From: Armatimonadota bacterium
GTDB lineage: Bacteria; Armatimonadota; UBA5829; DSUL01
Length of the DNA stretch: 64,000 bases
Assembly (NCBI GenBank): GCA_039811685.1
Contig: JBDHZC010000003.1
Location: forward strand, 224,001 to 288,000
Direction of reading: 5' to 3'
Below, piece by piece: positions 18,712 through 29,268 of this stretch (the stretch's first letter is position 1; every line of letters starts with the position of its first letter). The translations under genes were made by a program, and so were the position numbers. The notes beneath the pieces were generated by a model. It had not been told where the DNA came from. It worked only from the letters and a program-made list of their open reading frames with translations, and did not search any database.

Positions 18712-19667
18712 CCGCAGACCTCCAGACGACGGATGAACCTTGTCTTATCGCGGCAGGTCTATCGAAGAGGTTCGGCAGCTTTACTGCGGTCGATCGTCTG
18801 GACTTGAAGGTGGACAGGGGACAGACATTCGGATTTCTGGGCCCCAACGGCGCTGGAAAGTCCACCACGATCAGGATGATGCTTGGTCTGGTGAGTCCGA
18901 GTGCGGGAGTTGTGACTCTGCTTGGTCGCGACGTGGCCCTGGAGCGTACCAAGGCGCTGAAACGTGTCGGGGCCATGGTCGAGATTCCCGCCTTTTACTC
19001 GTATCTGACGGGGCGGCAAAACGTGCGACTCTTCGCCCGTCTGTCCGGCGGCGCATCAGAGGACGATGTCACTCAGGCGCTCAAACTCGTTGGGATTTTG
19101 CACCGGGCAGATTCCAAAGTCAGGACGTATTCACACGGGATGAAGCAAAGGCTTGGCATCGCCTCGGCGCTGGCTCCTCGGCCAGATCTGGTGATTCTGG
19201 ATGAGCCAACCAACGGACTTGATCCGGAGGGCGTACGCGAGGTGCGAGACCTGATTCGCGATCTCGGCACAAGGCACGGAATGACAGTGTTTCTGTCCAG
19301 CCATTTGCTTCACGAGGTTGAGCAGGTTTGTTCGCACGTTGCCGTTATTGCAAACGGCCGGCTTATGGTGCAGGGCGCCGTTTCACAACTTCTCGGCAAC
19401 CATTTTGGACCTGTTGAGTTTGAAGTCGATCGGCCAGAAGAAGCTGCGGCCCTGATCCAGGCTACCATGGGACTTGCTCCGCACTGGACGGACGACACGC
19501 GGGTGGCGATTCACATGGACCGAGCGCAAGCGGCAGAGGCAAATACTATTCTCGTTGGAAAGGGTTTCAAAGTCAGCGCGATTGAGCGCCGAAAACAGAC
19601 GCTGGAGGATGTGTATCTGCAGCTCGTACGGGACCAGGCGGAAGTGGAGGCTGCTGAGCTGCAGTGA
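18708..19667 (+). CDS. ABC transporter ATP-binding protein (BcrA/DrrA-like)
   Basis: GPNGAGKST, YSHGMKQRL, ILDEPTNGLDP. Confidence 0.95.
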   Translation: MTADLQTTDEPCLIAAGLSKRFGSFTAVDRLDLKVDRGQTFGFLGPNGAGKSTTIRMMLGLVSPSAGVVTLLGRDVALERTKALKRVGAMVEIPAFYSYLTGRQNVRLFARLSGGASEDDVTQALKLVGILHRADSKVRTYSHGMKQRLGIASALAPRPDLVILDEPTNGLDPEGVREVRDLIRDLGTRHGMTVFLSSHLLHEVEQVCSHVAVIANGRLMVQGAVSQLLGNHFGPVEFEVDRPEEAAALIQATMGLAPHWTDDTRVAIHMDRAQAAEANTILVGKGFKVSAIERRKQTLEDVYLQLVRDQAEVEAAELQ

Positions 19668-20503
19668 GCACTTTTGGGCTGTTTGGCATAGAGATATTCA
19701 AGCAGTTTCGTCGCCTGCGCACGCACATCGGAACATTTGGGCTGCTGGGCATTGTGCTGGCTGTGGCCATCGGGTTGAAGTACGGAGATGCTTCTCACTT
19801 TGTTGGGCGGCTCACCCGGCAGCCGAACTTTCAGATTTACGGCTCGCCCGTCAACGCGCTCTTTCTGGCCAGAGTCGTACTGCCGATGACAGTCTTTCTC
19901 TTTCTCCCTCTGTTCGTGAGTCTGGTGGCAGGTGATCAGATTTCCGGGGAGGCTGCAGACGGAACCCTGCGCACTGTGCTGACTCGCCCTGTAAATCGTT
20001 TCGCATTGTTGAGTGCAAAGTTCACTTTGGCCATTGTCTATGTGGGGGCATTGACGGCCTTTCTCGGGGTGGCGGCGCTGACTGTAGGCTGGGCCCTGTT
20101 TGGTGTCGGTGGGCTGGTGAGCTTCGGGTGGGATGGAGTCAGCTACTTTGGGATAGCAGAAGGGGTGCACCGGCTGACCCTCTCCTACGGACTGGCAGCA
20201 GTGTATGTGTTGGCGGTCGCAAGTGTAGCTTTTCTCGTTTCTACCCTGTCCAGCAACTCGCTCGTGCCCATCGGAGTCACAATGGCTTTGATGGTGATGT
20301 GTGGTGTGCTCGGGCAGATCCCATACTTTGAATCTGCTAAGCCTTACCTTTTTACGACATACTCGGAGCTGTTCTTGCGCGCCTTCGACGTCCCGGTAGA
20401 CTATCCCGCCTTGCGTCACGGAGTTTTTGCCCTTCTTGTGTACGTTGTCGCGTGCTTCTGCGTCTCAGCGCTGATATTCACACGAAAGGATATCCTCTCT
20501 TGA
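19664..20503 (+). CDS. ABC-2-type permease
   Basis: GEAADGTLRTVLTRPVNR..LLSAK; about 6 TM; C-terminal FTRKDI. Confidence 0.9.
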   Translation: MSTFGLFGIEIFKQFRRLRTHIGTFGLLGIVLAVAIGLKYGDASHFVGRLTRQPNFQIYGSPVNALFLARVVLPMTVFLFLPLFVSLVAGDQISGEAADGTLRTVLTRPVNRFALLSAKFTLAIVYVGALTAFLGVAALTVGWALFGVGGLVSFGWDGVSYFGIAEGVHRLTLSYGLAAVYVLAVASVAFLVSTLSSNSLVPIGVTMALMVMCGVLGQIPYFESAKPYLFTTYSELFLRAFDVPVDYPALRHGVFALLVYVVACFCVSALIFTRKDILS

Positions 20504-21219
20504 AGACTGTGCGCGTCACTGTGATCGGGCTGCTGCTTGTCACCGTGCTGGCGGCCAATGCCAGGACGGATGCGTTGATTGAGAAGCTTCGCGCGCAACT
20601 GGCGAGAGTGAAGGACTACCGGTGCGACGTCATCCTCAACGCCCGCCTGCCGTCCTTCACTGTCAGTAATATGCGCATGGCGTTGTACTACAAGCGCCCG
20701 AATAAGCTGCACGTTGAAGCTAAAGAAGGTTTTGCCATGCTGCCGGAAGAGGGGTTGTACCTGGGTGACCCTGTGGAAGAGACTCTGCGATCTTACAACC
20801 TCATCCGCCTGGGCGACGTGAAGTGGCAGGGTAGGGCGGCAGTCAAGTATGCTCTGCGGCCCAAAGTTGACAGCGCGGCTCCCCTGGCGTCGGCTCGCAT
20901 TTTTGTTGACAAGGCGCGCGCTGTTCCACTGGGATTCACGGGGGCATCTCCGCAGTTTGGGGATGTCACGACGGTGTTTTCTTACAGCCTGGTTGAAAAG
21001 AAGTTCTGGCTGCCGACTAAGACTGTATTCACTATGAAGTATGCGCCAAAACACTCCGCTGACGGCCGAGTGGTGGAATCCCGTTCTGGTAACGCAACAC
21101 TAACCTATTCCAACTACAAAATCAATACCAATCTGCCGGATTCACTGTTCAAACGTCCGGCGAAATCTGGCTCAAGCGCGGGGCCGCGCGCAGGGAGGCA
21201 AGGGAGAGGACGCAAATGA
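20500..21219 (+). CDS. LolA-like periplasmic carrier or lipoprotein-sorting-fold protein
   Basis: Signal peptide; YYKRPNKLHVE, WLPTK, YSNYKINTNLPDSLF; TTG start overlaps the permease stop. Confidence 0.75.
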   Translation: MKTVRVTVIGLLLVTVLAANARTDALIEKLRAQLARVKDYRCDVILNARLPSFTVSNMRMALYYKRPNKLHVEAKEGFAMLPEEGLYLGDPVEETLRSYNLIRLGDVKWQGRAAVKYALRPKVDSAAPLASARIFVDKARAVPLGFTGASPQFGDVTTVFSYSLVEKKFWLPTKTVFTMKYAPKHSADGRVVESRSGNATLTYSNYKINTNLPDSLFKRPAKSGSSAGPRAGRQGRGRK

Positions 21220-22760
21220 GCGTTTCAACCAACTATCCAGAGAGAACTCTGGTCTTCGTAGCTGTTGTACTGGCAGCAGTGTTGACGGCTGGTTGTGGAA
21301 AGAAGCCTCCGCAGAGCCAGTCACCGACAGCCACGGCGGTGGAGGTCGCTCAGGTGGAAAGGGGCGCCATCGAGGACGTCATCGAGGTTACTGGCACTGT
21401 TCGCGCGCTTGAGGACGTCACGCTCTCGGCAAAGCAGGGCGGAAAGGTTACGCTGGTGCCTTTTCGCGAGGGAGACAGAGTTACCAGTGGCGCGGTAGTC
21501 GTGCAGCAGCAGCGCGAAGATCTCCTCAACGCCCTTGAATCCAGCAAGGCCTCTGCGTCCTCGGCGCAGACGCATCTGACTCAGGCTCGCACGGCGTCTC
21601 AGGTCCAGGATGTCACCAGCGACACCACGCTGCGTCAGGCTCAGCAGGCTCTGTCAGTTGCTCAGCAGAGGCTTGCAGTCGTGAGGCAGGGCGCGCGAAC
21701 GCAGGAAGTTGCTCAGGCTCAGGCCGCTGTGGAAGCTGCCCGGGCGAACGCCTCCAACGCACAGACGTCTCTTGAGCGCACCCGCAAGCTCTACAACCAG
21801 GGCGCTGTCGCCCGCGCAAACCTGGATGCAGATGAACGGGCCTACGATGTCGCGCAGGCAAACTTGCGCTCGGCTCAGCAGGCGCTTTCACTGACCAGAG
21901 CTGGAGCAAGGCCCGAAGAGGTTCGCCAGGCCGAGCTTGCTGTGCAACAGGCGCGGGAGCAGGTGTTGCAGGCTCAGGCAAACCTCAAGCAAAAGGAGCT
22001 TCGGCAGCAGGATATTCGCTCAGCAGAGGCGGCGCTTCAGCAGGCCCGAGCCGGTGTGGCGATGGCGCAACAGGCGCTTGCGGACAGCAGTATCCGGTCG
22101 CCTATCCGTGGCGTTGTCGCTCAGCGAAGCGTCGAGCCCGGGCAGATGGTTGCGCCCGGATCTCCACTAATTCGCGTCTACAACCCGGTTACCGTGTACT
22201 TTGAGGCCACCATTCCAGAGGTTAGCGTGGCTGAGACCAAACCAGGTCAATTTGTTTCCGTGCGCACAGACGCCGTCCCGGGCCGCCGCTTCCATGGGAA
22301 GGTCGTCGAAATCTACCCGGCTGCTGACACCGCAAACAGGTCCTTCAAAGCCCGTGTGTCGGTGTCCGACGCGGGTACCGATCTCAAGCCCGGAATGTTC
22401 GCAAAAGGCGACATTGAAGTTGAGCGCCACCAGAACGCGCTGATTCTGCCGCGCGATGCTCTTGTCAGTACGTCTGACGGGCAGAAAGTTTTCCGGGTCG
22501 TCAAAGCGCCGGTCCAGCGGCCGAAAGCTGGAGCCAGGCCGGACGGTAAAGGCAAGGTCCCGATGGAGACTGTAGACGGGGCGGTTGTGCGTCTGCGCTC
22601 GGTGTCAACGGGATTGGCGAACGGAACGCGGATAGAAATCACAGAAGGTCTGTCAGACGGTGACAGAGTGGTTCGTACGGGCCAGGCTTACCTCAAAGAC
22701 GGACAGGAGGTCAACATCGTTGACTCCTCCGGTGAGGATACGGAGGCACAGGCCAGATAA
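21216..22760 (+). CDS. RND periplasmic adaptor (membrane fusion protein), lipoprotein, long coiled coil
   Basis: Lipobox-like TAGC; IRSPIRGVV, LKPGMF, GLSDGDRVV. Confidence 0.92.
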   Translation: MSVSTNYPERTLVFVAVVLAAVLTAGCGKKPPQSQSPTATAVEVAQVERGAIEDVIEVTGTVRALEDVTLSAKQGGKVTLVPFREGDRVTSGAVVVQQQREDLLNALESSKASASSAQTHLTQARTASQVQDVTSDTTLRQAQQALSVAQQRLAVVRQGARTQEVAQAQAAVEAARANASNAQTSLERTRKLYNQGAVARANLDADERAYDVAQANLRSAQQALSLTRAGARPEEVRQAELAVQQAREQVLQAQANLKQKELRQQDIRSAEAALQQARAGVAMAQQALADSSIRSPIRGVVAQRSVEPGQMVAPGSPLIRVYNPVTVYFEATIPEVSVAETKPGQFVSVRTDAVPGRRFHGKVVEIYPAADTANRSFKARVSVSDAGTDLKPGMFAKGDIEVERHQNALILPRDALVSTSDGQKVFRVVKAPVQRPKAGARPDGKGKVPMETVDGAVVRLRSVSTGLANGTRIEITEGLSDGDRVVRTGQAYLKDGQEVNIVDSSGEDTEAQAR

Positions 22761-25700
22761 ATGATCACAGCGGCTGCCATTCGCCGGCCGGTTTTCGTTA
22801 CGATGTTGTTCCTGGCCGTCGTCCTCATGGGTTGGATCGCTCGGGCGCGCATGCCTGCCGAGATGCGCCCGAAAGTGGACCTTCCCTTCATCACTATCGT
22901 CACCACCTATACTGGCGCCGGGCCCCAGGAGATCGAAACGCTCATCTCCAAGCCCATTGAGGACGCGGTCGGCTCAATCTCGCGACTGAAGAACATCACA
23001 TCAACTTCGCAGGACGGCATATCTGTTGTCAGCCTGGAGTTTGAGTTGGGGACAGACATTGACGCCGCAGCGGCGGATGTGCGCGAGAAAGTTGACAGCA
23101 TCCGCCGCCAGCTCCCTAACGAGATTGATCCCCCCAGCATCACAAAGGCGGATATCTCCGCCCAGCCTGTTATGTCCATTGGGATGGAGGGGCCGATCTC
23201 ACCCCGCGACATGCGCTACTTTGCGGACGAGGTCGTCAAAGACCGGCTGGCCCGCGTTCCAGGCGCGGCCGCCGTGGCGGTTTCGGGCGGCGATGTGCGC
23301 GAGATTCAGGTTCTTGTGGACAAGAGGCGATTGGACGCCTACAACCTCACGATCAACGACGTCGCTCTGGGCATTCAGCGAGAAAATATAAATGTCCCTG
23401 GTGGGAGCATCAAACAGGGACGCCAGGACTATGCGATCCGCGTTGTAGGAGAGTTTGACTCCGCACAGACGCTGGCGAACATGCGCCTGCACATCCCGGA
23501 TACACGCGGCGGTGGCCCTGGCTGGAACATTGCGCTGTCTGATGTTGCGACGGTCAAAGACACTATCGAAGACCCGGATCAGATTTCAAAGCTGAACGGC
23601 AAACCAGCCGTCATCCTGGCCGTTCAGAAACAGACCGATGCCAACACTGTTGATGTGGCCGATGGAGCAAAGAAAGAGCTGGCTGGCCTTCAGCCGATTC
23701 TTCCACCGGGGGTCAAGTTCATTATCGCTACTGACGAATCCGACTTTGTCAAAGAGCAGCTTCACGATACCAACCGCGAATTGTTGTTCGGAATTCTTCT
23801 TGTTGTCATTGTCGTCTTTGTCTTCCTGCACAGCGCCCGCGCAACACTGATTGTCTCTATAGCCATCCCCACCTCGATTATCGCCACGTTCCTGCCTATG
23901 TCATGGTTCGGCTTTACGCTGAACTTTATGACGATGCTTGCTCTGTCGCTTGCGGTGGGAATTCTCGTTGATGACGCGATCGTCGTCCTTGAAAACATCG
24001 ATCGTCACCTCGAAGAGGGAGAACCTCCGCGCGAAGCTGCCATTAACGGGCGCACCGAGATCGCTCTCGCCGCCGTCACGATCACCATGGTGGATGTGGT
24101 TGTCTTTATCCCCATCGCGTTTATGGGCGGCATTGTTGGAGAGTTCTTTCGGTCTTTCGGCATTACTGTCGCTACGGCCACCCTGTTTTCTCTACTCGTC
24201 AGCTTCACGCTGACGCCGATGATGGCTTCTCGCTTTTACAAGCGGGCGACCAAACAGACCAGGCGGAAGCACGAGCTGGAGCGCCACGGGTTTTGGGAGC
24301 GCTTGTTTGAGAGGTTTGAAGCTCGGTATCAGCGCCTTGAGAAGAACTACGAACGCCTTCTACACTGGTCGCTGGAGAATCGCTGGCTCACATTTGTCAT
24401 TGGCCTCGTCAGTCTGACAACCGTCTTCATCATGCTTTCTCCGCCGATATGGGCTGGAGGGCTGCCGCCGCGTCTGTTCAATCTGATCGTCTTTGTGCTT
24501 ATTCTTGGTTTGCTGGCAACTCGATTGTCACCCAGCAAGAGCGTCGGTCTTTTGTTCATGTTGATCGCGGGTCTGCTGAGCCTGTTTGTCCATCTTCCTA
24601 TTAAGGGTGAGTTTATTCCTGAAGTGGATCAGGGGCAGATTGGCATCAGTGTCGAAGCTCCTGCGGGTAGCAGCTTGAAGTACACAGAGCGGATCACTAA
24701 CCGCCTGGAGGGCATGCTCAAGACGCTGCCTGAGACCCGGTACTATCTGACCAGCCTCGGGTCTGCCAGTGCAGGCGCCTTCGCCGGAGCCGGCAATACC
24801 GGCCCCCAGTACGCGCGTATTTCGCTTCAGCTTGTGGACAAGACTGACCGGCGGCGCGGGATGGATGAAATTATGGTTCAGCTGCGCCAGGAGATTGCCC
24901 GCTCCATCGCAGGCGCAAAGATAACAGTAGCTTCCGCAGATAGCCAGGGCGGGGGTGGCACACCAATCGCAATGGAAGTCACTGGCGCCGATATGCAGGA
25001 GCTGAACCGGGTCGCCAACCGCGTCGCTGAGGTCATTCGCAGTGTCCCCGGCGCGCGCGATGTGGATACTTCGTGGAAAATCGGGCGTCCCGAACTCGAA
25101 ATCCACGTTGACCGGGACCGCGCTATGGACGTCGGCATTTCAACAGCCCAGATTGCCCAGGCCGTTCGCACATCTGTTGAGGGTGATACAACCAGCAAGT
25201 TCCGCGTTGAGGGGACAGAGTACAACATCCGCGTCCAGGTGCGCGAGCAAGATCGCGCGCAGCTCGAGAGTGTCAAACAGCTTATCGTCGGTACTGCTAA
25301 TGGCGCGCCGGTCTATCTGGATTCTGTGGCAGATGTCCGGCTTGCGGCAGCGCCCACTAAAATTGACCGCAAGAACCGCCAGCGCCTGGTAACAGTCAGT
25401 GCCTTTCTGCAGCCTGGCGCGCCACTGGCTAACGTCCAGCAGCAGATTAGTAATCGTCTCGCGAGTCTGCCCACCGGAAACACGACCATCAGAATTGGCG
25501 GCACTTCTCAGATGATGCAGGAGAGCTTTAGGTATATCATCAGCGCCCTTTTGCTCGCTATTGCTCTGGTTTATATGCTGCAGGCGGGGTTGTTCGAGTC
25601 TCTGTTCAATCCTCTGGTCATTATGATCAGCCTTCCACAGGCGCTTGTCGGAGCAATCCTTATGCTGGTTGCCCGTGGGCAGTCGCTGTCCATTACCTCG

Positions 25701-26096
25701 ATGATCGGCTTCATCATGTTGATGGGCATCGTCACCAAGAACGCCATCCTGCTTATAGACTACACCAATACCCTGCGCGCGAGAGGCTTGTCCCGGCGGG
25801 AGGCCATCCTGCAGGCGGGGCCAACCAGACTGCGGCCGATCCTGATGACCACTTTCTCACTGCTGGCTGCTCTGACACCTACTATGCTGTTTCCTTCGCG
25901 GGGCTCCGAGCAGCGAGCGCCTCTGGCCACCGCCGTGGTAGGTGGTCTAATCGTCTCCACCCTCCTGACTTTGCTCGTTGTGCCTGCAAGCTACAGTATT
26001 ATGGAGGATGTTCTCATTCGTTTAAGACGAGTATTTGGAGGGTTGCTTGAAAGAGTATCCCGCATTGTCGGTCTGAAGAAAGAGGGCGGCGAATGA
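22761..26096 (+). CDS. RND efflux permease (AcrB/AcrD/AcrF family)
   Basis: ILVDDAIVVLENI, VTKNAILL and RLRPILMTT proton-relay motifs; 1111 aa. Confidence 0.95.
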   Translation: MITAAAIRRPVFVTMLFLAVVLMGWIARARMPAEMRPKVDLPFITIVTTYTGAGPQEIETLISKPIEDAVGSISRLKNITSTSQDGISVVSLEFELGTDIDAAAADVREKVDSIRRQLPNEIDPPSITKADISAQPVMSIGMEGPISPRDMRYFADEVVKDRLARVPGAAAVAVSGGDVREIQVLVDKRRLDAYNLTINDVALGIQRENINVPGGSIKQGRQDYAIRVVGEFDSAQTLANMRLHIPDTRGGGPGWNIALSDVATVKDTIEDPDQISKLNGKPAVILAVQKQTDANTVDVADGAKKELAGLQPILPPGVKFIIATDESDFVKEQLHDTNRELLFGILLVVIVVFVFLHSARATLIVSIAIPTSIIATFLPMSWFGFTLNFMTMLALSLAVGILVDDAIVVLENIDRHLEEGEPPREAAINGRTEIALAAVTITMVDVVVFIPIAFMGGIVGEFFRSFGITVATATLFSLLVSFTLTPMMASRFYKRATKQTRRKHELERHGFWERLFERFEARYQRLEKNYERLLHWSLENRWLTFVIGLVSLTTVFIMLSPPIWAGGLPPRLFNLIVFVLILGLLATRLSPSKSVGLLFMLIAGLLSLFVHLPIKGEFIPEVDQGQIGISVEAPAGSSLKYTERITNRLEGMLKTLPETRYYLTSLGSASAGAFAGAGNTGPQYARISLQLVDKTDRRRGMDEIMVQLRQEIARSIAGAKITVASADSQGGGGTPIAMEVTGADMQELNRVANRVAEVIRSVPGARDVDTSWKIGRPELEIHVDRDRAMDVGISTAQIAQAVRTSVEGDTTSKFRVEGTEYNIRVQVREQDRAQLESVKQLIVGTANGAPVYLDSVADVRLAAAPTKIDRKNRQRLVTVSAFLQPGAPLANVQQQISNRLASLPTGNTTIRIGGTSQMMQESFRYIISALLLAIALVYMLQAGLFESLFNPLVIMISLPQALVGAILMLVARGQSLSITSMIGFIMLMGIVTKNAILLIDYTNTLRARGLSRREAILQAGPTRLRPILMTTFSLLAALTPTMLFPSRGSEQRAPLATAVVGGLIVSTLLTLLVVPASYSIMEDVLIRLRRVFGGLLERVSRIVGLKKEGGE

Positions 26097-26383
26097 AACT
26101 CGCCATCATCATTTATGACACTGGAGCGGAATCTCTGGTTGAGGAGGCTCTCGAGGAAGTTGGCGCCAGTGCGTGGACGCGAGTGACAGATGTAGTGGGC
26201 AAAGGGCGAACGGGACTGCGTATGGGAGATCCGGTCTTTCCCGGCGTCAACAACGTTATGCTGTGTGTGATCGAAGATGAACAGGTTGAGCCGTTGAGAC
26301 AGCGTCTGCTCAGCGTGCCGGATGAGTTTATCAAGCAGCTTGCTTTCCGCGTCTTCATCTCAGACTGCGAAGTCCTGGTCTAG
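26093..26383 (+). CDS. PII-like transporter-associated protein (PG0541 type)
   Basis: 96 aa; WT....VVGKGRTG.RMG..VFPG.N pattern; overlaps the RND stop. Confidence 0.75.
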   Translation: MKLAIIIYDTGAESLVEEALEEVGASAWTRVTDVVGKGRTGLRMGDPVFPGVNNVMLCVIEDEQVEPLRQRLLSVPDEFIKQLAFRVFISDCEVLV

Positions 26384-26467
26384 CCTTTCTGTGCCCTGGA
26401 AACGCCAGGGGCCGCCAGCCCTCATCGCCGCCGGCAGCCCCTGATACTCGGTCAGATTGGCAGCAGT

Positions 26468-27925
26468 CTATCCTTTGATATCGCCGGCTTCGATGCTGAG
26501 AGCCGCCGCCACTCCTTCTCCGTAAGCCTTATCAGCTTTCAGGCAGTTGCTGATATGACGCCCCTTGATCTCATCTGGAACACCCGCCATAGCCCGGGCC
26601 GTGTTTCCGAACAGGGCTTTTCGCTGCTCCTGGCTCATTAGGCGGAACAGCATTCCTGGCTGCGTGTAGTAGTCGTCATCGTCTTCCCGGAAGCTCCAGT
26701 GGTCCGCTGCGCCTTCAATCTTCAGCGGAGGCTCCGCGTACTCCGGCTGCTCCTGCCACTCCCCGTAGCTATTCGGCTCATAGCCAAGAGTCCCACCGAA
26801 GTTTCCGTCCACGCGCATAGCGCCATCTCTGTGGTAGCTGTGCGCATTGGGACAGCGCGACGCATTGACTGGAATGAGGTGGTGGTTAACCCCGAGACGG
26901 TACCGCTGAGCGTCTCCATAGGAGAAAAGACGCCCCTGCAGCATTTTGTCTGGAGAGAATCCGATTCCCGGCACAACATTAGCCGGATTGAAGGCTGACT
27001 GCTCAACCTCAGCGAAGTAGTTCTCCGGATTCCGGTTCAGCTCCATCACGCCCACCTCAATCAGTGGATAGTCCTTGTGAAGCCAGACTTTGCTGAGATC
27101 GAACGGATGGAATCGGTAATGCGCTGCGTCAGCCTCCGGCATGATCTGCACAAAAAGCTTCCACTTCGGGAAATTTCCGGCGTCGATGCTTTCCAGAAGG
27201 TCGCGCTGATGGCTTTCGCGGTCTTTAGCGACAATCGCTTCAGCTTCTTCGTCCGTCAAATTGCGAATGCCCTGTTGCGTCACGAAGTGAAACTTCACCC
27301 AGTTGCGCTCATTCTTCGCGTTGATGAAGCTGAATGTGTGACTGCCAAACCCATGCATGTGACGATAAGAGTAGGGGATTCCCCGATCGCTCATCGTGAT
27401 TGTCACCTGGTGCAACGCCTCAGGCAGCGATGACCAGAAGTCCCAGTTGTTACGCGCGCTGCGCATATTCGTGCGTGGATCGCGTTTGACGGCGTGATTC
27501 AGATCCGGGAATTTTAGCGGATCCCGCAGGAAGAACACCGGCGTGTTGTTGCCCGCCAGGTCCCAGTTGCCTTCTTCGGTGTAGAACTTGATCGCAAAGC
27601 CGCGAATGTCGCGCTCCGCATCCGCCGCACCCCGCTCTCCAGCTACGGTCGAAAACCGGACAAACAGGTCAGTTTTCTTTCCAATTTCGGAGAATATCTT
27701 CGCTCTGGTATAGCGGGTGATGTCGTGGGTGACCGTGAATGTCCCGTAGGCCCCGGAACCTTTGGCATGCATGCGTCTTTCTGGAATGACCTCGCGGTCA
27801 AAGTGCGCCAGCTTTTCCAGAAACCAGACATCCTGCAGAAGCATTGGCCCTCGTGGGCCGGCGGTCATCGCATTCTGATTGTCAACAATCGGCGACCCCG
27901 CGTTGTTCGTCAGTTTCTTTTTCAT
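26468..27925 (-). CDS. katA: Monofunctional haem catalase (small subunit)
   Basis: [35 protein letters not shown]. Confidence 0.97.
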   Translation of the reverse strand: MKKKLTNNAGSPIVDNQNAMTAGPRGPMLLQDVWFLEKLAHFDREVIPERRMHAKGSGAYGTFTVTHDITRYTRAKIFSEIGKKTDLFVRFSTVAGERGAADAERDIRGFAIKFYTEEGNWDLAGNNTPVFFLRDPLKFPDLNHAVKRDPRTNMRSARNNWDFWSSLPEALHQVTITMSDRGIPYSYRHMHGFGSHTFSFINAKNERNWVKFHFVTQQGIRNLTDEEAEAIVAKDRESHQRDLLESIDAGNFPKWKLFVQIMPEADAAHYRFHPFDLSKVWLHKDYPLIEVGVMELNRNPENYFAEVEQSAFNPANVVPGIGFSPDKMLQGRLFSYGDAQRYRLGVNHHLIPVNASRCPNAHSYHRDGAMRVDGNFGGTLGYEPNSYGEWQEQPEYAEPPLKIEGAADHWSFREDDDDYYTQPGMLFRLMSQEQRKALFGNTARAMAGVPDEIKGRHISNCLKADKAYGEGVAAALSIEAGDIKG

Positions 27926-28193
27926 GCGAACCTCCAGTCTGCGTTTTCACGTATTTGTCGTATTCGTTGATCCGATAAAAGACGTTCCGTGCGCCTACAA
28001 AGACCAGTTAACCGCTTCTCCCGCCCAAACCTCTGTCGGACCGCGGGATTTGTACGCTTCTGCTCAGGATTCAACAGACAATGTCGTGACACGATATGGA
28101 CACATTTTGAGGTTCATCCGCACAGACAGCGACCATTGTGTATCCAGCGCCAGGCGTGTGCCGGCCGGATAGCCTCGCCCGAGGGGGAGACCT

Positions 28194-29162
28194 TCAGCCA
28201 GCCTGTCTGAGGGCCACGGCCTTCTGACGCTTCTGCAGTACCTCTTCGATTTGCTGCAACTCTTCTGGCGTCAGGACAACGTCGCTGGCGGCTGCGTTCT
28301 CTTCGATCTGGGCGGGTGATGTTGCCCCAACGATGGGCGCAGTGATCTCAGGGTGTGTCAGTATCCACGCCAGCGCCAGTTGATTCAACTTCGCGTTGCG
28401 GCTGTGAGCAATGTCCGCGAGAGCACTGAGGGCGCTGATATTTTCCGAGGTTAGAAGAGACTCCTGAGCCTTATCGTCAAGACGAGACCCGACCGGCGCT
28501 TTGCCGCCCAGATATTTCTCTGTCAGAAGGCCCTGCTCCAGAGGACTGTACACGATCATCCCTATCCCCTCAGCTCCACAGCGCTTCATCAGAGTCGTTT
28601 CGATGTGCGTGTCGAACATGCTGTATCGCGGCTGGATGGACACAATCCGTGGCAGACCCTTGCGCTCCGAAGCCAGCAGCGCGTCCCGAAGAAGCTCTGT
28701 GTCATAGTTCGAGCAGCCTGCGTAGAGCACCTTACCCTGTCGCATGAGCAAATCCATCGCTTCAAGCGACTCCTCGATCGGCGTCTCGGCATCAGGCCAA
28801 TGAAACTGATAGATGTCCACGTAATCCAGATCGAGTCGTTTGAGGCTGTGGTTTGCCGCCTCAATGAGATGTTTCTTACTCAGGCCCTGGCCATTGGGCC
28901 CGTCCCACATCTGCACCCGGCCTTTGGTCGCCACAACGACCTGTTCGCGCGGTTTCGTCTTCAGCCAGGCGCCCAGTATCTTTTCCGCTTCACCATGCGC
29001 ATAAGCATCAGCGGTGTCGTAGAGATTGACGCCCAGGTCCCACGCTCGGTCCAGCACCTGGTGCGAAGCCTTTTCATCCAGTTTCGCTCCCATCGTCAGC
29101 CAGTTCCCAAGCGCTATCTCTGAGACCTTAAGTCCCGTTGCGCCCAGTCTTCGATACTTCAT
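28194..29162 (-). CDS. Aldo/keto reductase
   Basis: LGATGLKVSEIALG, DTADAY, ATK, SLKRLDLDYVD, YSPL. Confidence 0.95.
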   Translation of the reverse strand: MKYRRLGATGLKVSEIALGNWLTMGAKLDEKASHQVLDRAWDLGVNLYDTADAYAHGEAEKILGAWLKTKPREQVVVATKGRVQMWDGPNGQGLSKKHLIEAANHSLKRLDLDYVDIYQFHWPDAETPIEESLEAMDLLMRQGKVLYAGCSNYDTELLRDALLASERKGLPRIVSIQPRYSMFDTHIETTLMKRCGAEGIGMIVYSPLEQGLLTEKYLGGKAPVGSRLDDKAQESLLTSENISALSALADIAHSRNAKLNQLALAWILTHPEITAPIVGATSPAQIEENAAASDVVLTPEELQQIEEVLQKRQKAVALRQAG

Positions 29163-29268
29163 TGCTTGTCTCCCCTATACTTCGAATGTCGCTGCTCCAT
29201 TCGGTGGCGACCTCCAAAACTACGTCTAAACACTATCTCTACTTGCCGCTTCTCCCGACTCAACTCTG

